A DNA stretch of 64,000 nt. It comes from Octopus vulgaris. Taxonomy: Eukaryota. Each line of letters opens with the position of its first letter. Within the stretch, counting starts at the first letter, position 1. Below, piece by piece: positions 25,781 through 37,910 of the stretch. Made by a program: the position numbers and the translations under genes. A model generated the notes under the pieces. That model worked only from the letters and a program-made list of their open reading frames with translations, made no database searches and was not told the DNA's origin. The stretch is taken from contig OX597821.1 in assembly GCA_951406725.2 (NCBI GenBank), positions 40,424,001 through 40,488,000 on the forward strand, given 5' to 3'.

Positions 25781-27699
25781 GGTGACAATGGATGGAAGAA
25801 ATACAAAAAAGAAAAAAAATTGAAATTTTTACACAGATTACAAATGAAGAAAAAGAAAAGTGGAATGTGAAAGACAAGCTTAGAAATATGAAAAGAAGAG
25901 ATGAGAAATGTTATATAATAATGGAAGGGAATATCAAAATTTTAAAAGTACATGTATTTGTACAAAAATAAAAAAGTGTAATAAAACACAATAATTAAAA
26001 CAAGTGATTGAAAGGAAATAAAATATGAGAGATTTATGTTGAGTTAGGGTAACCCATGATTCAATTAACCATGTTTTGAATTATGTACAAATGCAGCCAA
26101 ATGCACCAGTAAGCACTTTTTGAATCATTTGGTGTTGAAAAACATCAATGTATTCGGGTTGTTTGCTTGTATGTGCAATGTAATGTCTTTTAATTTTACT
26201 AATAACCTATCTTTTACATGTTGTTTATATTCTGAAGCCTACCTGTATTTGTGTCATTATAACTGGGTTTTGTTTCAGATACTCAGTATAAAGAGATTTA
26301 TCATTCCCCAGATTTTGCTTGATTGTGCTCTAAAAAGACTGATTTGTTGTTCTTGTTGTTATTTCAGTTTTTCCAGTTCTTTGAAGCAATCAGCCTTGAA
26401 GTGATTTGTACTACAACAAAAGCAGCAAAGAGGCTCATTTAACTGTACCATCAATCTCATACCCTTTCATCTTGGTACCTTCAGCTGGGTACAATTCTGT
26501 TATGGCCTAATGACCATCAGGGTCCTGGATAATCTATTTTGATGTTACCTGACACATGTCACCCAAAGTTTACTGTGCTTTAACCACTTTCCTATATCAG
26601 GCCATAGAGCTACATTATTTCTGATGTGTTTTATTGTTACTTTTGTGTTTATTTTTTTGCTCTAGAATCCGAGGCACAAATAAATAGTCAGAGGTATGGC
26701 TCCTAGTTTCAGCCTCTGTTTTGATCAAGTCTTCACTTTTGAAAGTACAATAGTCAAGACAATAGTTTTTGCCTCTATCTGTCAAGAAGACTTCTCTTGA
26801 GACATTCAAGGCTCAAATGATTCTGTCAGTCCACTTCCTTAATGATAATAGCAGCTGTAATTGTAATAGCAACAAATTATAATTCTATCCTCCTCATCAT
26901 CATTATCCTCTTACTCCTCAAACACCTCCTCTACTCCCCCTTCCTTTTCATTCTCATCCTCCTCATCCTCATTTACATCTTCATCATCACCATCATCATT
27001 AGCAGCAGTAGCAGCAGCAGCAGAAGTAGTGGTTGTTTTTGTTTTCCTCCATTGCATTATTGTATCTTGGAAGTAGTGATGTAGAGAGAGTTAAAAATAC
27101 AATGTTAGTAGAGGGGTGACGTTCTGATGGTGAGTTAAAGAAAGACAGAGAAAGAGAGAGAGATATGGTAGTGGTGGTGGTGGTAAGTGGATAGTGAAGA
27201 ATGAAGTTTTATTTTAATTGAACTAATTTTTTATATCACCCACCACTTAATGCATGGGCATACCTGCTATTATTGATCATCTGCTCACTCAAAAATTAAT
27301 ATTTGTTTATAAACTATGGACGACAGACGATATAAGCTAACAAAAGGCAATGACGTTAAGAGAAGCAGAGGGTTGAATCACCAGAATAAGCATGGGAGCA
27401 TTGACGTGTAGGAGGGAAAATATGAATCAAAAAGTATAGAGTGAGTATTTACCACAGATAAGGGAATGTGTCAAGCTAGAATATGAAAGGAAAATCAGAG
27501 AGAGAGAGCATCAAAATAGAACCCCTGAACTGCTGAGAGAATGGGTAAGTCATACTCCTTCAATTATCCAGAAGAACTGAATGGTTTTTTTAAATGAAAA
27601 TAATACAGAATATGCAGTTTATAAAGGAACACTAAAACTTAGAACAATCTAAAAGATTTTGTATTTATAGCGAAATTTCCGTGAGTATTATGAGTTATC

Positions 27700-28044
27700 A
27701 TTACCTCCACCTTAGCAAAGGCAGAGGTATTGTTTTCAGTCGTGTTTGTTTGTTTGTCCATGGACAAGATATCTCAAAAACTGCTGAATGGATTTGGATG
27801 AAACTTTCAGGGATGTTTGGCCTCATGACTGGCACAAAGTGATTAAATTTTGGGATCGATCTGGTACCAGACAAGGATTCAGGATTATTTTTGAGAGTGG
27901 TTAGGTTCATTTTTGGTATTCTCGTTTGTGAGAGCAGTTGAGTTTATTTCAGATATTATCACTTTAAAAATAATCTCTGGCTAATCGTTGAGAGGACGTT
28001 GGTGTTACCTTGGTGGAGGGTTGCGTTCCCTGAGTGCTCTTGTT
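27700..28044 (+). mobile_element. Non-autonomous Helentron-associated element (HINE/DINE-1-like)
   Basis: 5' ATTACCTCCACC with a short hairpin, a (GTTT)n tract, the core GATATCTC..GGATTTGGATGAAACTTT, a 3' subterminal inverted GGTGGAGG and a 3' hairpin GCGTTCCCTGAGTGC followed by TCTTGTT. Confidence 0.75.
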
Positions 28045-28069
28045 ATCTATTATTACTAACTAGTGCATG

Positions 28070-28282
28070 CTAATTTAATAAGCAAATATTTTATCATGAG
28101 GTTTGGTGACGAATCCCCTCAGTTCTAAGGAATCTTGTTTAGGATATTTACAGAATATAGGATGGTACTTTTTCTGCAGGTTGATAATGTGAGTTTCAAT
28201 TCCAATTTCTTTCAGTATTTTTGATAGCATTTTGGGTGTTGTGCCAAGTGCATCAATTACTACTGGAACACGTGTTGCCAAG
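28070..28282 (-). mobile_element. R4/Dong-type REL C-terminal fragment
   Basis: VPVVIDALGTTPKML..LKEIGIET...LQK resembles the P.V.GALG...LQK end of the R4/Dong ORF. Confidence 0.75.
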
Positions 28283-28739
28283 TATACTCAGAAATTCTTG
28301 GTTATCTGACCTTCCTTCTCATATAGCAGCATAATTCATCACCTGTACTTGCACATGTTCATTCATTTATTCATGGATATACATAGAGAAAGAAGCTCTC
28401 TCTCTCTTTCTCTCTCACTTCTTCACTGACTACTAATGTATATATATATATATATTAGTATGTGTGGAAATGGATTGTTCTTTCTGAGAGATATTTATCC
28501 AAGCGTACACCAATTTAGTTCTACACCAATTAGTGAAACTGGAAATGACACATGTGCTTAAGTACTAGTGTTTATCACTGGTTCTTCTTCGATATTAGTA
28601 CCTTAGACTTTTTGAAATTCCAGTTGTCACTATAGATGTTTCCATCTTTTCAATATAGGAGAAAAGTTTAACAATACAAAGAAAACAGAGAATACATACA
28701 CAATATAATCAATGTCTTTATTATAACAGTGAATTCATG

Positions 28740-28833
28740 TTGCCTATGCACGTTTCGGTTTATTACCTAAGTCCATATTTATGCAATTAAATTGCTTTAA
28801 GAATTTGAAAAAGCAAAAACTTCATCAGGGCAA
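28740..28833 (-). ncRNA. Decayed type I hammerhead ribozyme (Penelope pLTR type)
   Basis: Minus strand reads TTGCC-CTGATGA-(stem II AGTTT.TTGC...GTAATAAACC)-GAAAC-GTGC-ATA-GGCAA. Stem I TTGCC/GGCAA is perfect and AATAAA lies about 20 nt downstream. Confidence 0.65.
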
Positions 28834-28864
28834 AAATTGACTGCTATGTTTTTCACATCCTAAC

Positions 28865-28899
<35 letters not shown>

Positions 28900-28941
28900 A
28901 AGTAATCAAATTTTTTGATCATCATTATTACTGTTCCAAAA

Positions 28942-29115
28942 AACAAACACCAGAAGGCATTTTTTCTGAAGATTCTAATAAATACATTGGAATTGTCATC
29001 ATCATTATCATCATCATCATCATAATCATCATTATCATAAAACGTACATTAAATGATGAGGATGATTCCAATGGATTGTCAGAATCTTCAGAAAAAGTGC
29101 CTCATGGTATTTGTT
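28942..29115. repeat. Imperfect ~64-bp inverted repeat around a (CAT)n spacer
   Basis: 28942-29006 vs 29052-29115: GGCATTTTTTCTGAAGATTCT / AGAATCTTCAGAAAAAGTGCC. Confidence 0.8.
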
Positions 29116-29197
29116 CAGGCTCTTCATATCCTGAGTTCAAACCCACCTCAGTGTAAATTTGTTTTTAGTCTCCTGGGTTCCATATTACAATTAGAAT

Positions 29198-29400
29198 GAA
29201 GACAGTGAGCTGGTGATATTGTTACCCCACCAAGCAAAATGCTTAGCAGCATTTCAACTCTCCCTACATTCTGAGTTCAAATTCCACCAAGGTTGACTTT
29301 GCTTTTCATACTTTCAGAGTCTATGTGATACGTATCAGTTGCACACTGGGGGTGATGAACTCATCTTATCCCCAACCCTGAAATTTGAAACCATTATTAC
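29198..29400 (+). mobile_element. Decayed Nin-core SINE
   Basis: CAGTGAGCTGG..AAATGCTTAGC..TTCTGAGTTCAAATTCCACC. Confidence 0.7.
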
Positions 29401-29882
29401 ACTTAGAATTTTTGCAATTCCTCTGCATAATGTTGCATCTTTTGTTGCCCTTGTGGCCAATAAAGCACAGGTGGTTTCACACTTTTAATTATTGTTGTTG
29501 TTCTGCTGATGTTGTGATATAGTTTAGTTATATTTTAACTAATATCTTTTTTTCTTTTTTCTTTTTGCTAATCGTTTTTAACATCGTAAATGAAATGATA
29601 GATCGTTAAGTTAACAAGTCAGAACGGTAGAAACTATATAAAAAACAAAAAGAAAAAAAAACAGTATAGACAATTATATTAGAAAGAGGAATGTCATTAG
29701 AATTCCTCAAAAATTGATAACAATGAGAATAATTTTCTTCTTCTAGGATAACACATCGCTGTCTCTGAACAAAACAATTGTATTTGAGAGTTTCCCAGAC
29801 TGTGCACTAAATGTCTCTTGAAGAATGCTTCTGTTGATTCTTTCACTTTTCTATGTCTGTTATTTAACTAATTCATTCATTC

Positions 29883-29932
<50 letters not shown>

Positions 29933-30809
29933 GTAAAATCCTTTTTTTAACCAATTATTTCAGTACTTAAACATCTTGTACAGCAGTTTATATTTTGTAT
30001 TTTGCATTATGTGATATTTTTGGAGGGCTATCTTCATTTAATTGATTTTCTTTTTCTAGAATACATGTATTCTACAAATAAAAATAAAATAAAAATAAAA
30101 AAAAAACAAGACATATCAACAGACAAAGAAATAAAACTAACTACTCGTTCATTCAATGAATAAGAATATGAAAACATTTTCCTCATTCTGCGATAACTGT
30201 TCACACATCTAATTCAGAAAAATGAAAACAAGCAAAAACCATTTTTATTCATTGATTTCTTCTCCTCCTTCAAATTTCTACTTGAAATCAATTGTCTTTT
30301 CTTCATTCGTTTCTTTTATTTTACAGATTTATAAAACATTATCTCCATCTCTACAGATTACTGCAAGGATAACATTGTTTATTAATTGAAGCTTGGCAGC
30401 AGCACAGCTTTTCTCTCCTTTTCTTATTTTACCTTTTTTTTTCATTTACTTTCTTGTTTTTTATTTTGCTTTTGCCTTGTTAAATTCACTTCGGTGTGTA
30501 TTAAGTTGTGGAATATTTGAGTTTACTAATTTAGCAGAACATAGAGAGGGAACCAGAGGAAAACATTTTCTAAATTTATTCAACTCTGAAATTGATTTTT
30601 AACAAATATGATAAAATACTTTCATTTAGTTAGATAAGCGCTCCTTTTTTAAATTTTAAAGGTAGACGTAGGCAACTGATATTTTAGAAAATACAGCACA
30701 TGGCATTAGTGGTCCTCAGACTTATTTCATTGTAAAGCCTATATGCCATTCTCCAATCAATCACGGAACCAATTTCTGTATTTTAAGGACAACCCTTGCT
30801 GCTCTAAGA

Positions 30810-31537
30810 ATGCTATGTGGGTAACAAATTTGCTTCCCAATTACATTATTCCAGGTTCATTTCCACTGCATGGCACTATGGGCAAGTTTCTTCCACCATA
30901 GCCTTGAACTGACCAAAATCTTATAAGTGAATTCGGAAGGTGGAAACTGGGAGAAGCCCAATGTATGTGTATGCATGCATGTGTATGTTTCCTTTCCTTG
31001 ACATCATGACAGATGTAAATGAGTGACACTACCATGCAAGCAAGATTATTCATTTATGATATCTGCAAAAACAAGGCTGGCCATCATCATCATCATCATC
31101 ATTGTCATTTAACGTCCATTTTCCATGCTAGCATGGGTTGGATGGTTTAACTGAGGGATGGCAAGCCAGAAGGCTGCACCATGCTCCAATCTGATCTGGC
31201 AGAGTTTCTACAACTGGATGTCCTTACTAATGCCAAACACTCCGAGAGTGTAGTGGGTGCTTTTTATGTGCCACTGGCATGAGAGCCAGTCAGGCAGCAC
31301 TGGCATCGAACACGCTCGAATGGTGCTTTTTATGTGCCACCGGCATGGGTATCAATCAGGCAGTACTGTCATCAGCCACAACGATGATTTCACTTGACTC
31401 AACAAGTCTTTGCAAGTGCATGGAAACAGAGGAGTGCTAGTGACAAGAAAAACACTTGGCCATAGAAAACCTACCTCAATAAATTTTGTCTGATCCATGC
31501 AAGCATAAAAAAGTGGATGTCAAAACGATGATGATGG
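30810..31537 (+). mobile_element. Family-B-headed SINE with RTE-type tail, interrupted by a minus-strand RTE 3'UTR insert (about 31082-31420)
   Basis: Head GCTATGTGGGTAA..GGGCAAGT..TTC. The tail ..ATCCATGCAAGCAT..GGATGTCAAAACGATGATGATG resumes after the insert. Confidence 0.65.
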
Positions 31538-32564
31538 TTAGATAAAATGGAAATTGTTTTAGGGAGAGAATTTATTTATGTTAAACAACAACAACAACAA
31601 CAAATAAGAAATTATGGAGAATATGTTTTTTTATGAAACAAATTTTTATTAAATTCTATTAAAAATCATCTTATTTCATGGATCACCAAAATATTTTTCA
31701 CAGAACTCTGGGGTTCCGCAGAAACGCTTTCAGAAAAGCTGTATTAGATATTTTATTAAATCATAGAAGATGAAACAAAAGCTGAATCTAATAAAACAAG
31801 GAAGTAGTGTTAGCAATGTAAGGTTTTGAAAGCATTGTGTTGACCGTTTTTGTTGATTTCATTATTCTGTCATGCAAAGACTCAAGAATTTTCATGAAAA
31901 ATAGAAAGAAAATCAACAAGATTCAATAAAATATTGCTAAACATCTCTATAAGTAAAGCTAAGGTAAATACATTGATGAAATATATAGTTGACAAGAAAT
32001 CAGTAGAATGGAAATAAAAAGTTTGTTCATCTTTATGCCTGGGTTTTCATACTAACAGAAGTCCTGCTTTTTTGATAATACTTACCTGTTGTTTTTTTCA
32101 CCTCTTCAAAACTTATAAAACCAGCTGATGAAGTGACAATGTAGCTGGGGATCTTTGGAGAATATGTAAATAAAGACTCAGACACACACATGTACACACA
32201 CACACAAACCATAAAATGTTAGGAGGTATGAGAGGTGAATATATTTATTTAGTTAGTTGTCATCCTTAGGATGCAATATACTCCCCTGTGTTGGGTGACT
32301 ATGTGGTCTAATAGCCAAATTCATCAGAGGAGCATTCTGTGATAGCCACATGATTTTATCAACCCATATACTACTGTAATTTAAAGTAAACAGAAATTTG
32401 ATTCCTGATAAACTCATGTTCATCTTTGTCATTGCCTGTAACCTATGAACATAATATGCTTGCATATGTATGGCCAGCGTTAACATAGGTAATTATACGG
32501 GTAGTATAACGGATACTTTTTTCCCTTAGATGGTTATTCCAACCTCTAACTCTGTTAACCTTTT

Positions 32565-32795
32565 ATATACAAACATACATACATACATATATAAATACAT
32601 ACATACATGCATACATGCATACATACATACATGCATACATACATACATACATACATACATACATGCATACATGCATACATACATACATACATAAATACAT
32701 ACATACATACATACATAAATGCATACAGGCATACACACGCACACACATACATACATCCATCCATACATACATACACACATACATACGTACATATG
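32565..32795. repeat. (TACA)n microsatellite
   Basis: Directly visible. Confidence 0.95.
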
Positions 32796-32809
32796 ATAGG
32801 CATGTTTTA

Positions 32810-32950
32810 ATTGCACCAAATCACTTGCAAATCTTTGTTTGTCCTAGAGCAATTGTAAGAAGACACTTGCTCAGTGTGACACCATGGGGTTGAACCTAAA
32901 GCCACATGATTGGGAAGAAAGCTTCTTAACCACACAGCCATGCCTGCACC
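32810..32950 (-). mobile_element. SINE family B head fragment
   Basis: AGAAGACACTTGC..TTAACCACACAGCCATGCCTGCACC. Confidence 0.65.
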
Positions 32951-33239
32951 TTCTCAAACACATTTGCTTCACATTGTTATCTTTCGAGATGAAGCTTTAA
33001 GTTATGAGAAAATGACTCTCCCCAGACACAACAGAATACAGAACAAATGTTCCCATGTAAGACTCATAACATGGGAGTGTTTTAACGAACCATCACAACC
33101 AGGATTCCACCAATAAAAAGGCATTAAAAGAATAAATGGTAAATAATCAAAATTCTGGAACAGTGCAAAAATATATGAATGAACGAATGTGTTTGTTTTT
33201 GCATGTGTGTATGTGTGTGTATTTGTTCATAAACATCAT

Positions 33240-33465
33240 CATGGAGGAAAGTGGTTTAGTGGTTAGGGGTGTTGCACTCATGAGGTTTCAATTCCTGGGC
33301 CAGGTGGTGCATTATTTACTTGAGCTGAACATTTCACATTGTTCCAGTCCAATCCATCGATGAAAATGATTAATTCTGCAATGGGGTAGTGTCTTGTCCA
33401 GGGGGTGTAATACACCACAGAATCTGGGAAACTAGCCTTACGAGCTTGTGGCTTGGAAAGGATAT
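33240..33465 (+). mobile_element. Decayed tRNA-SINE related to the 44313 family
   Basis: GTGGTTTAGTGGTTAGGG A-box, GGTTTCAATTCC B-box and TTTCACATTGTTCCAGT core. Confidence 0.6.
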
Positions 33466-34410
33466 TTGATCGTTTTGGTCTTTCTATTACATCATCAGTT
33501 TATCAAAAGCTTTCTTTGACAATTTCTTTGTGATTCTCAAAGAATTATCATGAAAGAACACAGTAAAACAGATTTGACATTGTTTCTATAAAGTCCGGTT
33601 TTAGTCTCAACTTTGCAGATTAGCTGAAGCCATGTTAAGCCTCACTTTGATCTTCCCTTTTTGTTTCGCTGATGTTGCTGTTAAGTCTTGCTCAATATGC
33701 AGTACAAAGAATATTATAAGACAACAGAAAGTTTGCTGCATCTGACATACTCAGATGTGGTAAACCTTCAAATTACTGAGGCACATTCCATTGGAAAGTA
33801 GAAACTATCTTTAAATGATTGAGGTGAGTTGTATACCTAGAGACACATATTGTCTCTTCTCCAATGATGGACTAATGTGCAACACTGCATGGAATGAAAA
33901 TAAAGAGAAAGAAGCAGTAATTTCTATAATTTGCTTGTTTGTTTGTTTGTTTGTTTTTTCCATTTTCAATTAAAAATTAATCCCTAACAAATGCAGGAAT
34001 GAATTAATTTCCTGCTTTGCTTTTCCGTGACTAAGTTCTAATTTTAAGCTACATCTAGAATAGGAAATTGAAGTGAAGTTAGCAATGTGACAAAACAAAG
34101 AATGAAAGTAAATATTCGCAGAGAATATTGTGTACAAGAATTCTTCAGAGGTCTGCATTACATTAAGATGTTCTGTAATAATTAAAATTTCTTATACAAA
34201 TTCATTTTCTTATGTAATACAAATAACAATCCTATGGACGATGTTGCATCATGTTATTTTAATCGTAAGGTTTATATGTATGGCTGATGTGACCATCGTT
34301 CATTTGAATATGGATCTAATACATGAGATAACAGTTTCTGTCCACATTTAATTTTCTCTGTCCTTAAGATAAGCATTAGAAATACATGCATAAAAAATAC
34401 ATATATATAT

Positions 34411-34790
34411 ACTCTTTACTCTTTTACTTGTTTCAGTCATTTGACTGCGGCCATGCTGGAGCACCACCTTTAGTCGAGCAAATCAACCCCGGGACTTATT
34501 CTTTGTAAGCCCAGTACTTATTCTATCGGTCTCTTTTGCTGAACCTCTAAGTGACGGGGACGTAAACACACCAGCATCAGTTGTCAAGCAATGCTAGGGG
34601 GACAAACACAGACACACAAACACATACACACACACACACATATATATATATATACATATATACGATAGGCTTCTTTCAGTTTCCGTCTACCAAATCCACT
34701 CACAAGGCATTGGTCGGCCCAGGGCTATAGTAGAAGACACTTGCCCAAGATGCCATGCAGTGGGACTGAACCCGGAACCATGTGGTTGGT
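34411..34790 (-). mobile_element. SINE family B, near-intact
   Basis: Near-exact reverse complement of 18450-18824. Confidence 0.9.
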
Positions 34791-35359
34791 TGAGGGTGAA
34801 AAAATTGGATATTAATTTGATAACATCAATTCACCAGTGGTCTAGCATATTAAAAAACTGAGGTTCAGTAAATTGTATTACAAGCATATAAGAGGGATTA
34901 CCACCTATGTGGACACCCTAATGCTAGAAGTAGATCCGCTATGATCTTACCTCTAAGAATTGTTCTCTAGAAAATTTAGCAAACACCAGAAACGTAAGCG
35001 AGCAAGACAAATGAAAAGTAACAAAAATATATAAACAGAGAGAGATAGAGTGACAAACAGACAGAGACAGAAAGAAGAGAGAGAAAAAGAAATAAGTATA
35101 GATATACCTATGTCATGTATATATACAGATCATGGTCCAGATGGAGACATGTGGTTCAGAAGTTTTCTGTGCAACCGTGATTTTCTGGGTTCTATGCCAT
35201 AGTGCAGTACATTGCACAAATGTCTTCTAGTACAGTTTCAGTTTGTTAAATTCCTTCCAAGTAGAATTTGGTAGAAAGCAACTTTAAAGAAATCCACAGT
35301 GTGCATACATACATGCATACATACATGCATACATACATACATACATACATACATACATA

Positions 35360-35500
35360 CAAATTCTGCTGAGGTCGACTTTGCTTTTCATCCTTTCAGA
35401 GTTGATAAAATAAGTACCAGTTAAATACTGGGGTCAACGTACTCAACTTGCCCCCTCCCCCCATTGTTGCTGGCCTTGTTCCAAAATTTGAAACCAATAT
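35360..35500 (+). mobile_element. Nin-core SINE 3' portion
   Basis: GAGGTCGACTTTGCTTTTCATCCTTTC..AAGTACCAG. Confidence 0.75.
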
Positions 35501-35922
35501 TCAGATGGCTTCCATTCTGTTATGTCACCCAAATTTTTTTATCAACTGCAACTTTAATCTTTATGTTCTACAACACAGCTGACTGATCATCAAAACATCA
35601 TTCGGTTCCTAAAAAAAAAACACAGAAACATAAAAAAAGTGTCAAATTTAAACTGAATACCCTGTATGCAGTATATATATAGGCACATAAACAGGTAGGG
35701 TGCTAAAAATGGCTTGGTACAATAACAAAGGATTCGCAGTGAAGTAAAACAACCATGAAGATATCAGGTTTCGACAGGGTGCTACAGTTATGTAAATACC
35801 AAATCCAATTTAAACCATAGATTTGATTCAGGGATGGTTCTAGGATGACATAGTTAAAAAAAAAAAAGAACACCTGTTGATGTGCCTAGATTCTACTGAA
35901 TCCTATAACTAATCTATTTAAG

Positions 35923-35953
<31 letters not shown>

Positions 35954-36914
35954 ATATATATATATCTATCTATCTATCTATCTATATATATATATATATA
36001 TATAAATATGTTTGTGTGTGTGTGTATTGGCTTTGAGAAAGTTACAGGATGTTGTACAAGCACTCAATATCTTGCTTCTTATATGCAAACAAATTTTGCA
36101 TATTTGTTTGTAATATTTTTGGTGTCCTACCTGTCTGGCATCAGTCTTGAAAAAAAAAAAAAGGATGCCACAAATAAACTTTCTAATTTACAAGAAATAA
36201 AAATGCTAACCAACTTATCAACTCGGTCGGTTACATTTTGACAAACATGCTTAAAAATAACTTTCAATTTATAGTATCAAAAAAGAAAAAAAAGAAATCA
36301 ATTTTAACAAAGTAGTTGTGTAAGAAAAAGAATGTGAGTGTGTTAGGATATTAATTTGTTTATACATATTTTAAAGCAAGTTGATTAAAAAGCTTTGAAT
36401 TGAGAGCCAGGTCAAATCAATGGTGAATATATTAGAAACATGGTGCATTCAATTTTCTCACAAATTGCAGGCTACTTCTCTTTTGTCTTTTGCTGCAGTT
36501 AAGATAAAATGAACTGACTCAATCAATGACCGAGAGTTACTGCTTGTTACAAAGACCAATTTAGTGATTTATTACTGTAATTCTGGGTTTGAAAAATGTA
36601 AAGAAAACTGCCATCTCCGCTGATGTTTGATGTTTGCTTGATAAAATCTGCTTTCTCTTATGTTTGAATATTACGCAGAGGATGTCATTGGCCGAAACTA
36701 AAATTTGTTATTAATTCACTTTGCTACATTCTAATCATATAATTTTAATGAGTAATGTCATCAATTTCCTGTAGATGCAGTTTTCTTATCTTAATGGAGT
36801 TAAACTAATAATTTCTCTTTCTTTCAATAACTGCCTGCTACGAGTTCCTTAGAAGAATAAAACAAAACACACAATTAGATATGACATATATTTAGTAAGT
36901 ATAATAAATGATAA

Positions 36915-37041
36915 CACTCACACACACACACACAAACATATAATTTTACATGTATACACATATACATATGTTAGGTACATAAATATGTGTGCATATATAA
37001 ATATATATATATATATATATATGCCTCTCTGTGTGTATACA

Positions 37042-37086
<45 letters not shown>

Positions 37087-37754
37087 GTATATGTATGTAT
37101 ATATGTATATATATATATTTGTGAACATGTATGCATATGTATATATATGCTATATAAATGGTGAGATCATTATAACTTCAGAAACAAAAATGAAATATAG
37201 AAAAATTAGAATATTGAATAAATGTATCTATCAATCAATCTATCTATCAAACTGTATATTTCTATGAAGATTTATAAATGTATGAATTTATGTGATGTAT
37301 AAATGTGTCTGTGAGTACATACTTACATAATACATACATATACAAAAGCGTAAATGCATACAAACATATATACTTACATACATACATATATACACACATA
37401 CACACATATATATACATACATACATGCATACATACATACATACAAACATACACACACATACATACATATACAAAAGTGTAAATGCATACAAACATATATA
37501 CTTACATACATACATATATACACACATACACACATATATATACATACATACATACATACACACATACACACACATACATACACACACACACATACATACA
37601 TACACACACATACATACATACATGTATACATACATACATACATACGTACATACGTACATACGTACATACATACATACATACATACGTACATACGTACATA
37701 CATACATACATACATACATACATACATACATACATACATACATACATACATACA

Positions 37755-37785
<31 letters not shown>

Positions 37786-37910
37786 GTACATACGTACATA
37801 CATACATACATACATACATACCCACACACACACACACATACATACATACATACATACATACATACATACATACATACATACATACATACATACATACATA
37901 CATACATTCA
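36915..37910. repeat. Large compound (TA)n/(TACA)n microsatellite block with a 128-bp internal duplication
   Basis: Directly visible. TACAAAAG(C/T)GTAAATGC occurs at 37341 and 37469. Confidence 0.9.
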
